From: a virus
DNA: 64,000 bases
Strand: one strand, 5' to 3'
IMG/VR virus record: IMGVR_UViG_3300022602_000031
Coordinates: 1-64,000 of that record
Shown: positions 1 through 10,386 of the stretch, piece by piece
Numbering within the stretch: the first letter of the stretch is position 1
Layout: each line of letters starts with the position of its first letter
Position numbers and translations under genes: made by a program
The notes under the pieces: generated by a model
Told to the model about the DNA's origin: nothing
Databases searched by the model: none
Seen by the model: the letters and a program-made list of their open reading frames with translations, nothing else

Positions 1-1004
1 ATGAGTCCATCGAGCGCGGCGTTAACTGGATATGGACCGGGAATACAGTATCCGAGATATGCATTGTCAAACTGTATTCGGCCTCCGTATACCAAAGCGG
101 CCGCGCCAAGGCTACTACCAGCATCACCGGGGTTAGGCATAATCCATATTTTTTCAAAGTAATCACCGAGATTTCTATTAGCGAGGCAGTTTAGGGCTAC
201 CCCTCCCATGTAAACCAAATTACGGCTCCACCCAAAGTCTTTTGCGCGGCGCATAACATTATATATCAAATTTTCACAAAAAGCCTGAGCAGAACTGGCA
301 ATATCCATAATATCGTAATGTTGGGCATAATCCCAGTTAAGGCCAGCGTGTAGGTTTTCTTTAAATGTACAGTTCCACTCGTCATCAATCAACTGCATTT
401 TCATTAGTACACTGGCGTGTTTACTTCCGTAGGCAGCCATACCCATAGTAATATACTCATCTTCCATTGGCTTTAGACCAATTTCTTGTGTCATTGCTGT
501 ATAGAACAAACCTATGCTATGTGGATATCGTTGACGCCATAGTCTGTGATACTTGGCCTGCCCATTGACATAGTGAGCACCCCATATACTAATCGTGTCC
601 CACTCCCCAATAGCATCAATAACTACTACTGTGGCCCGATCAAATGGGCTAGTTTGAAATCCAGCTGCCGCGTGACTTAGATGATGATTGTGTGTTGTAA
701 CAGGAACATTATCAAAAAAGCCGCCCAGCTGTTGCTTGAGTACCTGACGAGTTGTTAGTTTATTCCACTCAATGCCTTGCCCACTATACAGTTGACGTAA
801 CTGTTTCTTCCAAGGAGTTTCATAATAAGCAATATGATCAATATGTCTACCGCGACTAAACTCCCAAAGCATATCTTCGTGTAAATTGGGGTCATTCTTA
901 ATCTTGCTGTAACGCTCTGCGTGTCCAGCATATACTATCTCACCGTTGTTGATTACTGCGGCGGCGGCATCATGAAAGCCAGCCGAGATTCCTAATATGT
1001 TCAT
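1..1004 (-). CDS. Carbamoyltransferase, NodU/CmcH/TobZ family (3' end runs off the window)
   Basis: Translated by hand; not in the ORF track because it has no stop. ATG at 1004 gives MNILGISAGFHDAAAA..ERYSKIKND..HHLSHAA..DAIGE..SIGLFY..MGMAAYG..GGVALNCLAN..PNPGDAGSSLGAA, the typical motifs of this family. Confidence 0.93.
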   Translation of the reverse strand, partial: MNILGISAGFHDAAAAVINNGEIVYAGHAERYSKIKNDPNLHEDMLWEFSRGRHIDHIAYYETPWKKQLRQLYSGQGIEWNKLTTRQVLKQQLGGFFDNVPVTTHNHHLSHAAAGFQTSPFDRATVVVIDAIGEWDTISIWGAHYVNGQAKYHRLWRQRYPHSIGLFYTAMTQEIGLKPMEDEYITMGMAAYGSKHASVLMKMQLIDDEWNCTFKENLHAGLNWDYAQHYDIMDIASSAQAFCENLIYNVMRRAKDFGWSRNLVYMGGVALNCLANRNLGDYFEKIWIMPNPGDAGSSLGAAALVYGGRIQFDNAYLGYCIPGPYPVNAALDGL

Positions 1005-1614
1005 TGATCTTTTCTGCTATTCTTTTGTGTCCTAATTCCAATGGATGTCCTCCGGGACCTTTAGGGCAATCACCTTGCCAGTCTATCATTCCCCACCTAG
1101 GCCACTCTACATAATATCGTGGATCTACCTGCATAATTAAGTCAACTAGTTTAGCTGAGTATTCATCATACAGCTCTTGTCTTAGGTCACTCCACATACC
1201 AAACGTACTACAAAATATGTAAGGTTTTTCTAATTGTTTAAGGTAACTTTGTAGCATAATGATTTGTCTAAACCATTTTTTATAACTATAAAGTCTATCG
1301 TAGTGTAAACTGTAATACTCGTCTACCCATTTAATATTTCTTTTACGTGCTGTATTAACATTAATGTCTAATAGGTCATTATCGTAAGGAACTTCAAACC
1401 TGTCAGGTTGTGTCCAGGCTACTACAATTAAATCGTACCGATTAACCTCTTCAAAAACAATTCGAATATTACGGTCGTTACTACCTCCGCCTTTGCCCAA
1501 ATTAGTAACGGACCAATTGTTAGTGACAGCCAACAAAGCAGGCCAGGCCTGTGTAGCAGGATCTGGTAATTCCTCTCCGGCGGTAAAGCTACAACCTACT
1601 GTTAGTACTTTCAT
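970..1614 (-). CDS. SGNH/GDSL-like hydrolase-fold protein
   Basis: N-terminal GCSFT (Ser block), WP..LA, N.G.GG.SN oxyanion block and C-terminal GHP. Confidence 0.6.
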   Translation of the reverse strand: MKVLTVGCSFTAGEELPDPATQAWPALLAVTNNWSVTNLGKGGGSNDRNIRIVFEEVNRYDLIVVAWTQPDRFEVPYDNDLLDINVNTARKRNIKWVDEYYSLHYDRLYSYKKWFRQIIMLQSYLKQLEKPYIFCSTFGMWSDLRQELYDEYSAKLVDLIMQVDPRYYVEWPRWGMIDWQGDCPKGPGGHPLELGHKRIAEKINEHIRNLGWLS

Positions 1615-1712
1615 TTATAGATAAATGGGTCGCGTTTACGTAGCTCTTTTAATTTTTTACGATATTTGATTTCTAGCTTAATTCTATTGTATATGTTTTT
1701 TAACCAATTCAT
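1611..1712 (-). CDS. 33-aa basic microprotein MNWLKNIYNRIKLEIKYRKKLKELRKRDPFIYK
   Basis: Hand translation. It fills the 1614-1684 gap, and its TGA overlaps the next ATG (ATGA at 1611-1614). Confidence 0.6.
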   Translation of the reverse strand: MNWLKNIYNRIKLEIKYRKKLKELRKRDPFIYK

Positions 1713-2238
1713 TGAATTTCTCCTGCATTAAATTTGCGGCGTCTATGTGTGCTTGTTCTAAGGGGTGATTGTCTGGACCTACTGTATACTTATTCTCAAC
1801 AGCCCACTGGTAAAATCCTCTCGGACTTGTTGTTTCGTGTGCTAGTGTACCAGCCGGAAATAAAAACCAATTATCATTAATGCTATCCAATAATGGAATT
1901 AGACAATTATCAGCACAGGTAAACATATAAGGAAAATTATGATATTCACAATAGTGTTGAAATTCTCTAATAACTCTAGGGCTGGTATAAACGGTATCTC
2001 TACTAGGCCAGGTCCAACACACAATAATAAATGGTTGCCCTGGAACTTTTTCTAGTGTAGTTTTTAGTCTAACAACAATATCATGATTTGAGTATCCTGG
2101 GTAAGCGGCACAAAAATACTTATTACCACCTAGTAATGCTGTAAAAGTATTTCGGCTATGACTACCGGGACGGCCATCTGGGCAGTCTGCTAGTTCGCTA
2201 CCAAATACAAAACTATCACCCCCGGCTACTGTAATCAT
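1684..2238 (-). CDS. SGNH-like protein (paralogue of 970..1614)
   Basis: GDSFVFG block, PGYSN and C-terminal DNHP. Confidence 0.55.
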   Translation of the reverse strand: MITVAGGDSFVFGSELADCPDGRPGSHSRNTFTALLGGNKYFCAAYPGYSNHDIVVRLKTTLEKVPGQPFIIVCWTWPSRDTVYTSPRVIREFQHYCEYHNFPYMFTCADNCLIPLLDSINDNWFLFPAGTLAHETTSPRGFYQWAVENKYTVGPDNHPLEQAHIDAANLMQEKFNELVKKHIQ

Positions 2239-3295
2239 ATCCTGGCTTCATCATATCTATCTGCATTTGTTTGTAATCAGGATCAGTCCAACAATAGTCA
2301 TATGTCCTGCGTACTCCGTCTATTTCAATACTGTGTACGTCTAAGTGACTGGCTAGTACGTCCCAAATTTGTTTGTAATTTGTAGTACCAAAGCTGGCTA
2401 GTAGATCTACTTGTCCTAATGGCAAATACCCTAAACTTAAATTAGGGTCAGCAGGGTCTCGGTTGTTGTCTATTAACCATTCCTTAAACGCCGCTTGCTC
2501 TTTGTCGTGCCAGAAATGTCCACCACCTAAGGTAACATTGTTACCCCATTCTATGTCAAACTCGCCCGAGTAGTATTGTAATTCTGTAATTGCTTCGCAT
2601 ACTGTTGCTGTAAGCTCAGGTGCATTCTCATCACGATAAACTTCAAATAGTGTCTTGCCTATCTGTGTCCAGTGCATATATACTCCGCCAAACACACGAT
2701 CATATCCATTGGCAACAAAGCCTTGTCTATGCTCGGGCTTTAAGTCGTAGCGTTGTGCTTGTAGGAATGTAGTAATCTGGCTAGGACGTACCCAATAAGG
2801 ATCTGTTGCTAGTTTACGTCTACTTAAGATAAGTGTTTCTAGCTCATGACATAAATTGTTTAGTTGACGTATAGCATACTTTGTTTCATAATCGGCGTTT
2901 CGATAATAAACACTTAGTCCACCGACAGTACCTTGTAGTCTCTCAAAGTGATTATGTAGCCGATTCATCATGTCGTGGTTAATGCCATTTTCAGCGTAGT
3001 CAAAGCCCACTACATTGTCGGGAGTAAATATTTCCCATATAAAATATTCGTTGTCAAAAAATCGATTAATGACACTGATATTTTGATTTAATTGGGCACA
3101 TAGATATTCTATAGTACGTGCTGTCTTGGGAAAACCCATAAAACAAAAGTTTTTCTCTAATAGGTTACCCGACTGTAATATGCCTTTTAAGGCCTGTTGC
3201 CAATCTTGTGCCAGCAGAGTGTCGTTAGGAATGATTGTGTAATCAACAAAATCATTTCTAAGTAAAGGGTTACGTAATATTACTTTAATTGCCAA
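2216..3295 (-). CDS. Hypothetical protein, 359 aa (TTG start)
   Basis: Long ORF overlapping both neighbours; no recognised motif. Confidence 0.7.
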   Translation of the reverse strand: MAIKVILRNPLLRNDFVDYTIIPNDTLLAQDWQQALKGILQSGNLLEKNFCFMGFPKTARTIEYLCAQLNQNISVINRFFDNEYFIWEIFTPDNVVGFDYAENGINHDMMNRLHNHFERLQGTVGGLSVYYRNADYETKYAIRQLNNLCHELETLILSRRKLATDPYWVRPSQITTFLQAQRYDLKPEHRQGFVANGYDRVFGGVYMHWTQIGKTLFEVYRDENAPELTATVCEAITELQYYSGEFDIEWGNNVTLGGGHFWHDKEQAAFKEWLIDNNRDPADPNLSLGYLPLGQVDLLASFGTTNYKQIWDVLASHLDVHSIEIDGVRRTYDYCWTDPDYKQMQIDMMKPGYDYSSRG

Positions 3296-4583
3296 TTGAA
3301 TCCCACCAAGCTAGTGCGTCTGGACGTTCTGCCAAGATGTCACGCATAGTATACTTGTCATTTCGAATTTTTTCAATCTCTAAAGTTCTTAGTTTGCCCT
3401 TTAGAGCCATTTGCCGATATGTATCAGGCCATTGTTCAGCAAATGTGGGTCTAGTTTTTAGCTGGATAAGTATGTCCTTCATGGACCCACTTGATGTAGT
3501 TAATAATTCGTCTATCCAAGGATGTAATACGTCTTTGGGTAGTGCCAAGGGGGACATTACTATGTCCGGGCTAAAACTAAAAATTACTTTGGCTAATATG
3601 TCTACGCCGAGTTCTTTGGCGAGCGATTGTATCGCTTGTACTTCAAAGAGTCCTGGTGTAGTAAGAGTGAAGTCCATACGGACTTGGCGCCGGTTACGGC
3701 TGTACGTAATTCCTTCACGGAAGTTCTCAAGCCAGTGATTAAAATCAAGACCTGATCGAATATACTCTCCAATTCTGCCCGTGCCATCGATGCTTGCGCA
3801 GATTTGCCAGTCTCGTAGCCCAGATAAAATATCCCTATACAGATTGATACCGCGATAATTGACACGACTAAGATTTGTGTTATACCTAGCGTAAACATTT
3901 TTTCCATCTCCAAGTTCTATGATGCGCCGCATATACTTCCAATGCTGTTCGTACATCAGCGGCTCACCCCCCACCCAATACACCTCTTCAACGCGGTGCT
4001 CCTCAACAGCAGTAGCAAACTCTTGCTCCACCTGGGTGTCTTGAAACTTCGTAATTTGCTCTTTGACTTCAGGTTTCATCCAATGTGTATTTGGATCCTT
4101 CCAGTCGATCATATTGTTTTGCCGTTGCTCAGTTTCCCAAGCACTGGACAACATATCTCCACACATCCTACATTTGAAGTTGCAGAGATTACTAAATCTA
4201 TAATCCCAACTTACAGGCTTCATTGTGGTATAGCCTGTACTGTCTGTACTCGCCATTGCGTCTAAGTACTTATGTCCAAATAGTCTATCAAAATAACTAC
4301 GGTAAACGTCTGTGTTTAGTAGCCGGTCGTTACATACTTCGCACTCGGGTAATGTCTCTCCGGACATCATACGGCGACGTACAGATTTCATATGATCTGA
4401 GTTCCAATGTTCATCCAAGGCGATAGGTATGTAACGACCAGTACCAGAAGATGTATCTATGTACTGTTGAAAATTCTGCGCAGGTTCACGTGACGCACAA
4501 CACATACGTCTTTCAGTTTGAGGACTTAGATACGTGTGTACCCAAGGCGCAAGGCAAAGTGTTTCAGGCTTTTTCATTGGCAA
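3285..4583 (-). CDS. Radical SAM protein with N-terminal Cys-rich (twitch-like) domain
   Basis: CNFKCRMC (CxxxCxxC), GGEP and NTN motifs; N-terminal CLAPWVH..MCC..C..C. Confidence 0.92.
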   Translation of the reverse strand: MPMKKPETLCLAPWVHTYLSPQTERRMCCASREPAQNFQQYIDTSSGTGRYIPIALDEHWNSDHMKSVRRRMMSGETLPECEVCNDRLLNTDVYRSYFDRLFGHKYLDAMASTDSTGYTTMKPVSWDYRFSNLCNFKCRMCGDMLSSAWETEQRQNNMIDWKDPNTHWMKPEVKEQITKFQDTQVEQEFATAVEEHRVEEVYWVGGEPLMYEQHWKYMRRIIELGDGKNVYARYNTNLSRVNYRGINLYRDILSGLRDWQICASIDGTGRIGEYIRSGLDFNHWLENFREGITYSRNRRQVRMDFTLTTPGLFEVQAIQSLAKELGVDILAKVIFSFSPDIVMSPLALPKDVLHPWIDELLTTSSGSMKDILIQLKTRPTFAEQWPDTYRQMALKGKLRTLEIEKIRNDKYTMRDILAERPDALAWWDSIGN

Positions 4584-5526
4584 ATTCTAATATTGGGTAT
4601 ACTATATCCTGTGTAAATCGTTTATCGACTAATGCTCTATTATAAAATCTTTGATAGTTATATTCAACCTTTTCTTTGGTTAAATGAGAGTAGTCTTGAT
4701 GATCGTAAGCAACAACCTGTCGCCAAACTAGTTCTATTCTGCGTTCATCATCAGACACCAGATCGTAGTGCTCATCAAATAAATTACCAAAAGTTTCAAA
4801 TCCACCTTCGCGTATAAAATGTAGTGTAGTTGGGCAAGCAATAGTTATAAACGGGTGCCGTAGTGCCAATGGCTTCATTGTTTTTTCTGTTACAAAAACT
4901 TCTAAACGACCGCGGCTAACGGCTGTTTCTACTACTATGCTAAACTGTGTGCGATTATACCAATCGGGATTAATGTACCTATCCCAATGTTTTGTACTGC
5001 GTTCAATGTCGCCTTCTAGTCTGATTCCTCTGTCGACATAACTATACAGGCCTTGATCTGCAATGCCCTGGAACGCTTCGTGTATGTAATCTCTAAAGGA
5101 TCTTTGGTAATTCATCATCAACAAAAATTTACGATCAAATTTTGATTCTCGTACAAGATGTTGGTAATTAAATAAACGACTTTCTCTATACCAAAAGAAC
5201 CACGGAACTGTAATATAGGATTCGGGCAATCTACGATCATTAACACAGATCATATATCGTACCAACGGAGAACTATTTACGTAAGGTATACTGTTCTCTT
5301 GTAAATTTTCTACTAAAACTTTATACCCGGCACTTACTAAACTATTAAGATACATATCCTGGGCAGTATTTAATACAAACACCGTGCTGGCTTTATCATA
5401 GTCACGCTCAGCAGAATACTGTTCTAGTTCAAAATGGGGATCAAAGCATTCGCGAAACGCTGGATAGATGACGCGACCAAAGTCGTTGTCTAGGTGTATG
5501 AGTTTAATCTTCATAGCCCATAGCAA
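4564..5526 (-). CDS. Glycosyltransferase-like protein (GT10/fucosyltransferase-like C-terminal motif); likely start MKIKL at 5514
   Basis: FSIVVET..FVTEKTMKPL...HPF..GFETF resembles the GT10 nucleotide-sugar-binding motif. Confidence 0.5.
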   Translation of the reverse strand: MLWAMKIKLIHLDNDFGRVIYPAFRECFDPHFELEQYSAERDYDKASTVFVLNTAQDMYLNSLVSAGYKVLVENLQENSIPYVNSSPLVRYMICVNDRRLPESYITVPWFFWYRESRLFNYQHLVRESKFDRKFLLMMNYQRSFRDYIHEAFQGIADQGLYSYVDRGIRLEGDIERSTKHWDRYINPDWYNRTQFSIVVETAVSRGRLEVFVTEKTMKPLALRHPFITIACPTTLHFIREGGFETFGNLFDEHYDLVSDDERRIELVWRQVVAYDHQDYSHLTKEKVEYNYQRFYNRALVDKRFTQDIVYPILEFANEKA

Positions 5527-6751
5527 TAGCTATTTCACGATGTGTGTCACGAAAATCTTGTTGGCGGTATTGATCTGTTTGTTTCATTTTACGTAAAAAC
5601 TCAGACCCATCACTACCCGGACCGGCAGTGATAAAATTAATAACACTATCAATTTCTTCTTGGTAAACGTGGCTAGACCAAAATGTTGTTTTTAATTTAT
5701 CAAGTACAAGTTCCTGTGCTCGAGGAGTCATACGCTGTATGCTCATATGATCTGGACTATGTAGCATATTAAAGTAAATGCTACCAAAGTTTTTTGTATC
5801 AGCCCAGGCTAGTAATTCATCTAAGTAATAGACATTTTGTATATTAATCGTAAAACATAGCTGTGTAGTAATGTTACCGTGGCTAGGGTGATTGGTCATA
5901 TTATTAACTACATCAACGATTTCGTTAGCACGATCCCACTTAGCACCATAACGTTCATACTCAAAGCGATCGCCTACGTTGTCAATACTAAAAGCAACAT
6001 CAACACGACCAAACTCTGCCCATAGATCAAACAAGTTTGTGTCCCATTGAGTAGCATTGGTATTGTAATGAATGTCTATGTGTTTTGCATGGCCCGTTTG
6101 GCAAGCAAACTTTAATAAGTCTTTATGTTCTTCAATCATCCAAGGCTCGCCACCAGTGAATTCAAAGTAGCGTATGTTGGGAATTATATCACGCATATTA
6201 TCCCAAAAGGTTGTTGTCTTGCGCGGCCAGGCACCTTGCTTTAACCAGGTGTAGGCAATATGTTCTTTTTTATTACGCCCTGGCTCTAAGTAATTCATTT
6301 CTTCTTCAGCCCACTTACTACTAGACCACGATCCACATATACGACATTTAAGATTACAAATGTTACCCAACTTCAGATCAACAAACCATAGTTGATCAGG
6401 GTCATCATTTGCCCAGTCTACCTGTTTATACAATTCTTTAAGTCGAACCTGACTGTGAATTCGCTTACTATCGCGACCGGCTGCTTCTTCTTCCCAACAA
6501 CGGCTACAGGTGCTTGGCTTAACCCCGGCCCTAAATTGACGACGCAAATCTTGCATATATTCACTGTGGTACGCTTCTTCAATCGTGGTTTCATTTAGAT
6601 CATATTTCTTGCCATTGGCATCGGTTATTTCGTCGTGCGCCATACAGCACGGACGTACTGTGCCCATTGGACTAGTTTCAATACTCATCCAAGGTAGCAT
6701 ACAAATTGTTTTAGGTAGCTGTTTTAATTCCACAGGTTTGATTACACTCAT
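5504..6751 (-). CDS. Radical SAM protein with N-terminal twitch-like domain
   Basis: CNLKCRIC, GGEP and YNTNAT; N-terminal CMLPW..G.VRPCC..C.RC. Confidence 0.92.
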   Translation of the reverse strand: MSVIKPVELKQLPKTICMLPWMSIETSPMGTVRPCCMAHDEITDANGKKYDLNETTIEEAYHSEYMQDLRRQFRAGVKPSTCSRCWEEEAAGRDSKRIHSQVRLKELYKQVDWANDDPDQLWFVDLKLGNICNLKCRICGSWSSSKWAEEEMNYLEPGRNKKEHIAYTWLKQGAWPRKTTTFWDNMRDIIPNIRYFEFTGGEPWMIEEHKDLLKFACQTGHAKHIDIHYNTNATQWDTNLFDLWAEFGRVDVAFSIDNVGDRFEYERYGAKWDRANEIVDVVNNMTNHPSHGNITTQLCFTINIQNVYYLDELLAWADTKNFGSIYFNMLHSPDHMSIQRMTPRAQELVLDKLKTTFWSSHVYQEEIDSVINFITAGPGSDGSEFLRKMKQTDQYRQQDFRDTHREIAIAMGYED

Positions 6752-7712
6752 ATATTTTTCCGTTTGGTACAGTATCGATTGCCCAGGTTTTTTCTATTTC
6801 GTTAAACCATTCAATAGCCTGTACTAATCCGTATTCGATGGCATTATTGTTTTTAATTAAAGGTTGTAGTTGTGCGTTGCTAGGACGACTACAACTGTGT
6901 GTCGGATAGTTACCTAACCAACAACAAGGATATACTTCTCCATTGGCGCATACATAGACTTCTTGACTGCGTTTTGAATAACAATCAATTGGGCGACTAG
7001 TAGTTTCGGCTCGTACAGCAACATTAGGATCTATTTTATAATAATTGTAAGTTTCAAATAATTGTTTAAAATCTGTGCTACCACGATAGTCTCCAATCAC
7101 GTGACTCAATCGACCATCATTGGTAAACACCGGCATAATGTCACGCCCAGCATATACTTCATCAAATTCACAAAATCCCAGATCTTTACTCATTTGTCGT
7201 GCTTCGGCAACCTGATGACGATTATGATCAAACACAATCATTGACCAAACTGCTTCGCCACCAGCGGCAATAAACTTACCGGCATTTTTTAATATAAAAT
7301 CAAAGTCAGTACCTTGGCGATATAAATGATGTGTATCCTTTAGTCCATCTAATCTAAAATACACACGAGCACCGGTACGTGCCAGTGGTTCCCATAAGTT
7401 AGGCTGAGCACTACCATTGGTGCTGATTTCTATGCGTAGCCCGGGATTACTAGATCTAAAGTATTCAACAATAGCAAGCCCATCACGTGCGGTAACAAAA
7501 TCTCCGTAGTTACCATTTATAGTAATATGATCTAACTGTTCTAAGAACGCAGGAGAAAATACTCGCTTCGCATCTTTAAGACTCATATCTACTACGGGGT
7601 AAGTGTCTATTACATTGGCACCGCGAAAGTTACGCGGACAATCAGGACAGGTACTATTACATCTAGTACTAATCTCAAAATGTACCGAACGTATATCTTG
7701 GTAGTCTATCAT
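6711..7712 (-). CDS. Radical SAM/SPASM-twitch protein (C-terminal auxiliary cluster)
   Basis: CNSTCPDC, GNYGD and STNGS; C-terminal C..NGEVYPCCW..C...C. Confidence 0.9.
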   Translation of the reverse strand: MIDYQDIRSVHFEISTRCNSTCPDCPRNFRGANVIDTYPVVDMSLKDAKRVFSPAFLEQLDHITINGNYGDFVTARDGLAIVEYFRSSNPGLRIEISTNGSAQPNLWEPLARTGARVYFRLDGLKDTHHLYRQGTDFDFILKNAGKFIAAGGEAVWSMIVFDHNRHQVAEARQMSKDLGFCEFDEVYAGRDIMPVFTNDGRLSHVIGDYRGSTDFKQLFETYNYYKIDPNVAVRAETTSRPIDCYSKRSQEVYVCANGEVYPCCWLGNYPTHSCSRPSNAQLQPLIKNNNAIEYGLVQAIEWFNEIEKTWAIDTVPNGKIYECNQTCGIKTAT

Positions 7713-9025
7713 TTTAGGCTGTCAAACTCCGGGAACGTTGCCCAAAAGTCTTCTCCACGTATACGATCTAATTTAGCACACTCTTCTACAAAACGTGGCC
7801 AATGTTGATGTTGGTCGTTGGCCTGTATAAAGTTTAACGCTGACTTAAATCCATTTGTAGCACGACGTAGTTTGTCTTGTGGCTCTAACCAAGCAATATG
7901 TTGTTCATATGCTGGAACAATAACATTTTTCTTAAACTCTTCTGGAAATATATCAACGCGATACCATTCAGGACTTTGGCAAATGTTTACATTAAAGTCC
8001 TGTGCTCTAATTAATCCTAATTCTGTCCACTCTCTATGGAAGTCTAATACGTGTAAGATATTCATTGCGCTAACCGTGGCGCTAATGTAAAAGTCTACGT
8101 GCGGGACTTCTTGAATCATGCGTTGACGATTATCTACAGCCTGTGCCCAGTCAGTTCCTTTACGCATCAGCTCCGCTCTAGCTCCACTGGCATCTAAACT
8201 AGCACCCACACTGACATTTTTAAATTTGCGCCAGTAGTCAAATACGTGTTTGTCTTTATAGCGTAGTTCACTGAAGTTAGTATTGTATTGAATACGCACG
8301 TCTGTTTTATCAAGTTCTTCTAACTTTTCTAGCAGGAAGTAATGCTCTTTCATGATTAGTGGCTCGCCACCGGCAAAGTATACCTGCTCCAGATGCGGAA
8401 CGTGTGGCATCATTTGACGTATCATATCATCTTCATCACCTGCGGCATACTCTACACGTAGCATATCGCGGCCCAATACATCGGGTTTACGATTATATAA
8501 CTTTACGTGATCGTTATACCAATTTGAACTAAAAATAGGACCACAGCTACGGCAACTAAAATTACATAAGTTGCTAAACCTGACGTCCCAATAACGTATT
8601 TTAAATTCGGGGTTTGTTCCATCTTCTTCTGTTCTTTCTGCTTCGGCTATGTGATGTCCGTAATTACGATTGGCGTCGTTACGCATACTAAAGAAACCAT
8701 TGGCTTCCTGCTCATAGCATTTTGTACACTCTTTACACTCACGTTCAGTAAGCATATTCTTACGCATTGTTTTGTATGGATCTTGATTCCATACTTCTTC
8801 CATGGTATTTTTACGTAGGTCTCCTACTGGATGCCAATAGTCACTTAAACAACAAGGATAAGCACGACCATCCGGAAAGGCGTGTAAATGTACCCACGGC
8901 AACATACAAAAACGATCGCTTTCGGTCAACAACTGCCATTGGCGTGGAGTTAAATCTTCACGTTCAATGAAATATGGCTTACGAGCCATATAGTCATAAC
9001 CTTTGTTATAAAAGTCTTTGCTCAT
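7709..9025 (-). CDS. Radical SAM protein with N-terminal twitch-like domain
   Basis: CNFSCRSC, GGEP and YNTN; N-terminal CMLPWVH..GRAYPCC..C..C. Start placed at the ATGA overlap at 9022-9025 (ORF track start 9040). Confidence 0.92.
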   Translation of the reverse strand: MSKDFYNKGYDYMARKPYFIEREDLTPRQWQLLTESDRFCMLPWVHLHAFPDGRAYPCCLSDYWHPVGDLRKNTMEEVWNQDPYKTMRKNMLTERECKECTKCYEQEANGFFSMRNDANRNYGHHIAEAERTEEDGTNPEFKIRYWDVRFSNLCNFSCRSCGPIFSSNWYNDHVKLYNRKPDVLGRDMLRVEYAAGDEDDMIRQMMPHVPHLEQVYFAGGEPLIMKEHYFLLEKLEELDKTDVRIQYNTNFSELRYKDKHVFDYWRKFKNVSVGASLDASGARAELMRKGTDWAQAVDNRQRMIQEVPHVDFYISATVSAMNILHVLDFHREWTELGLIRAQDFNVNICQSPEWYRVDIFPEEFKKNVIVPAYEQHIAWLEPQDKLRRATNGFKSALNFIQANDQHQHWPRFVEECAKLDRIRGEDFWATFPEFDSLK

Positions 9026-10386
9026 AGTGTTGTGTACCAATTGGCCAATGCCGGAAATGCTTCTGTAAAGTTTTTACCTCTGCGTTGGTCGTATTGTGTA
9101 TAAAACTTTTTAAAGTCTTGTTGTAGTACTGATTGTTCTGCGGCGCCCATATGCGGAGTTTTAACTACATCAAGATAGTCAATTAATCTTTGTAGTTGAT
9201 TGATTTCAAATTGATGTAACATCGGATCATCGCGATTAGCATCTAACCAATCTTGTAGTCTAATTTTATAGTGTGTACGCAAATTATCAGGTAGAACCAA
9301 TGGGCTCTGAAAACTAGGGAAGCGCAGGATATTCAAACTAAAGGTTGGGAAGTCTCGTCCGTATTCACGTTTCCAATTTAAACAGCAGTCTAAGAAGCTG
9401 TCTAGCGTATCTAGACACAAGGCATTAATAGTACACATCATATGGAAGCCTTCTAACTTGCCATTGGTTAGTACTTTTTCTACGTTGTTAGCCCAATCGT
9501 CCCAGACTAACCCATCACGTATGTATTCGCTTTGTTGGCTTATTGATTCATTACTGGTATACAAATGAAAATGCTTGATGCTGTGTGTAGCATCTATTAG
9601 TCGATCAATTAGATCGTCCTTGGCGCCAAGATTGCTGTTCATAGCAAACTTTATGTCTGTATTGTTGTTTTTAAACCAGTCTAGTAATCGCCAGGTATCA
9701 CCACTCATAAGAGGCTCACCGCCGGTTAGTCTGAGTTCTTTTAGTGTTCTGTGGAGGTCTGATTCCCACCATTTAAAGAAGGCATCAACATAAGGATTCT
9801 GTTGATTAAACTTGTAAAGCTGACTGCTAGAATGATTGTGAGTAAAATGATTTCTGCCATCACTAACCAATTCCACATAAGGGCCGTTGCGATCCAAATC
9901 ATTAACCCAAGTTGAGCTGAAAGCAGGGTTACAGTAGGAACAAGCAAAATTACAGGTACGATCGAATGCGATTTCCAAAGTTTGTAAATCAACGTCTGCA
10001 TTTGAATCCAATTGGTATGCGCTATCCAGGTCTTCGTCTGAATAGATAACTGTTTTATATACTCTGTCGCTGATGTTATCACGGCCTATGTCCTCTATTT
10101 TCCAGCAGTACTCGCAACCGCCTGGGCGTTCGCCTTGTTGCATTTGTTTGCGTTCGGCTTTTTTCTTTGGCGTATTATGTAGTGCTTTAGGATTATTTAT
10201 TACGTCCTCAACACTGACCTGATGTGGTAGTGGGTGATGACAACTAGTAGTTTGTCCCGATCCTAACCATATAGTAGCGTTATACCATTTTGCGCCGCAG
10301 AACGACTCTGACTTAATGTCAATTACACGGCGTTTGTATTCTAAATCTGTCTCGTTATTAGTTCTGGGCATGGTATCTACATTCAT
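9022..10386 (-). CDS. Radical SAM protein
   Basis: CNFACSYC and TGGEP; N-terminal CGAKW..G..TSCHHP..CEYCW. Confidence 0.92.
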   Translation of the reverse strand: MNVDTMPRTNNETDLEYKRRVIDIKSESFCGAKWYNATIWLGSGQTTSCHHPLPHQVSVEDVINNPKALHNTPKKKAERKQMQQGERPGGCEYCWKIEDIGRDNISDRVYKTVIYSDEDLDSAYQLDSNADVDLQTLEIAFDRTCNFACSYCNPAFSSTWVNDLDRNGPYVELVSDGRNHFTHNHSSSQLYKFNQQNPYVDAFFKWWESDLHRTLKELRLTGGEPLMSGDTWRLLDWFKNNNTDIKFAMNSNLGAKDDLIDRLIDATHSIKHFHLYTSNESISQQSEYIRDGLVWDDWANNVEKVLTNGKLEGFHMMCTINALCLDTLDSFLDCCLNWKREYGRDFPTFSLNILRFPSFQSPLVLPDNLRTHYKIRLQDWLDANRDDPMLHQFEINQLQRLIDYLDVVKTPHMGAAEQSVLQQDFKKFYTQYDQRRGKNFTEAFPALANWYTTL

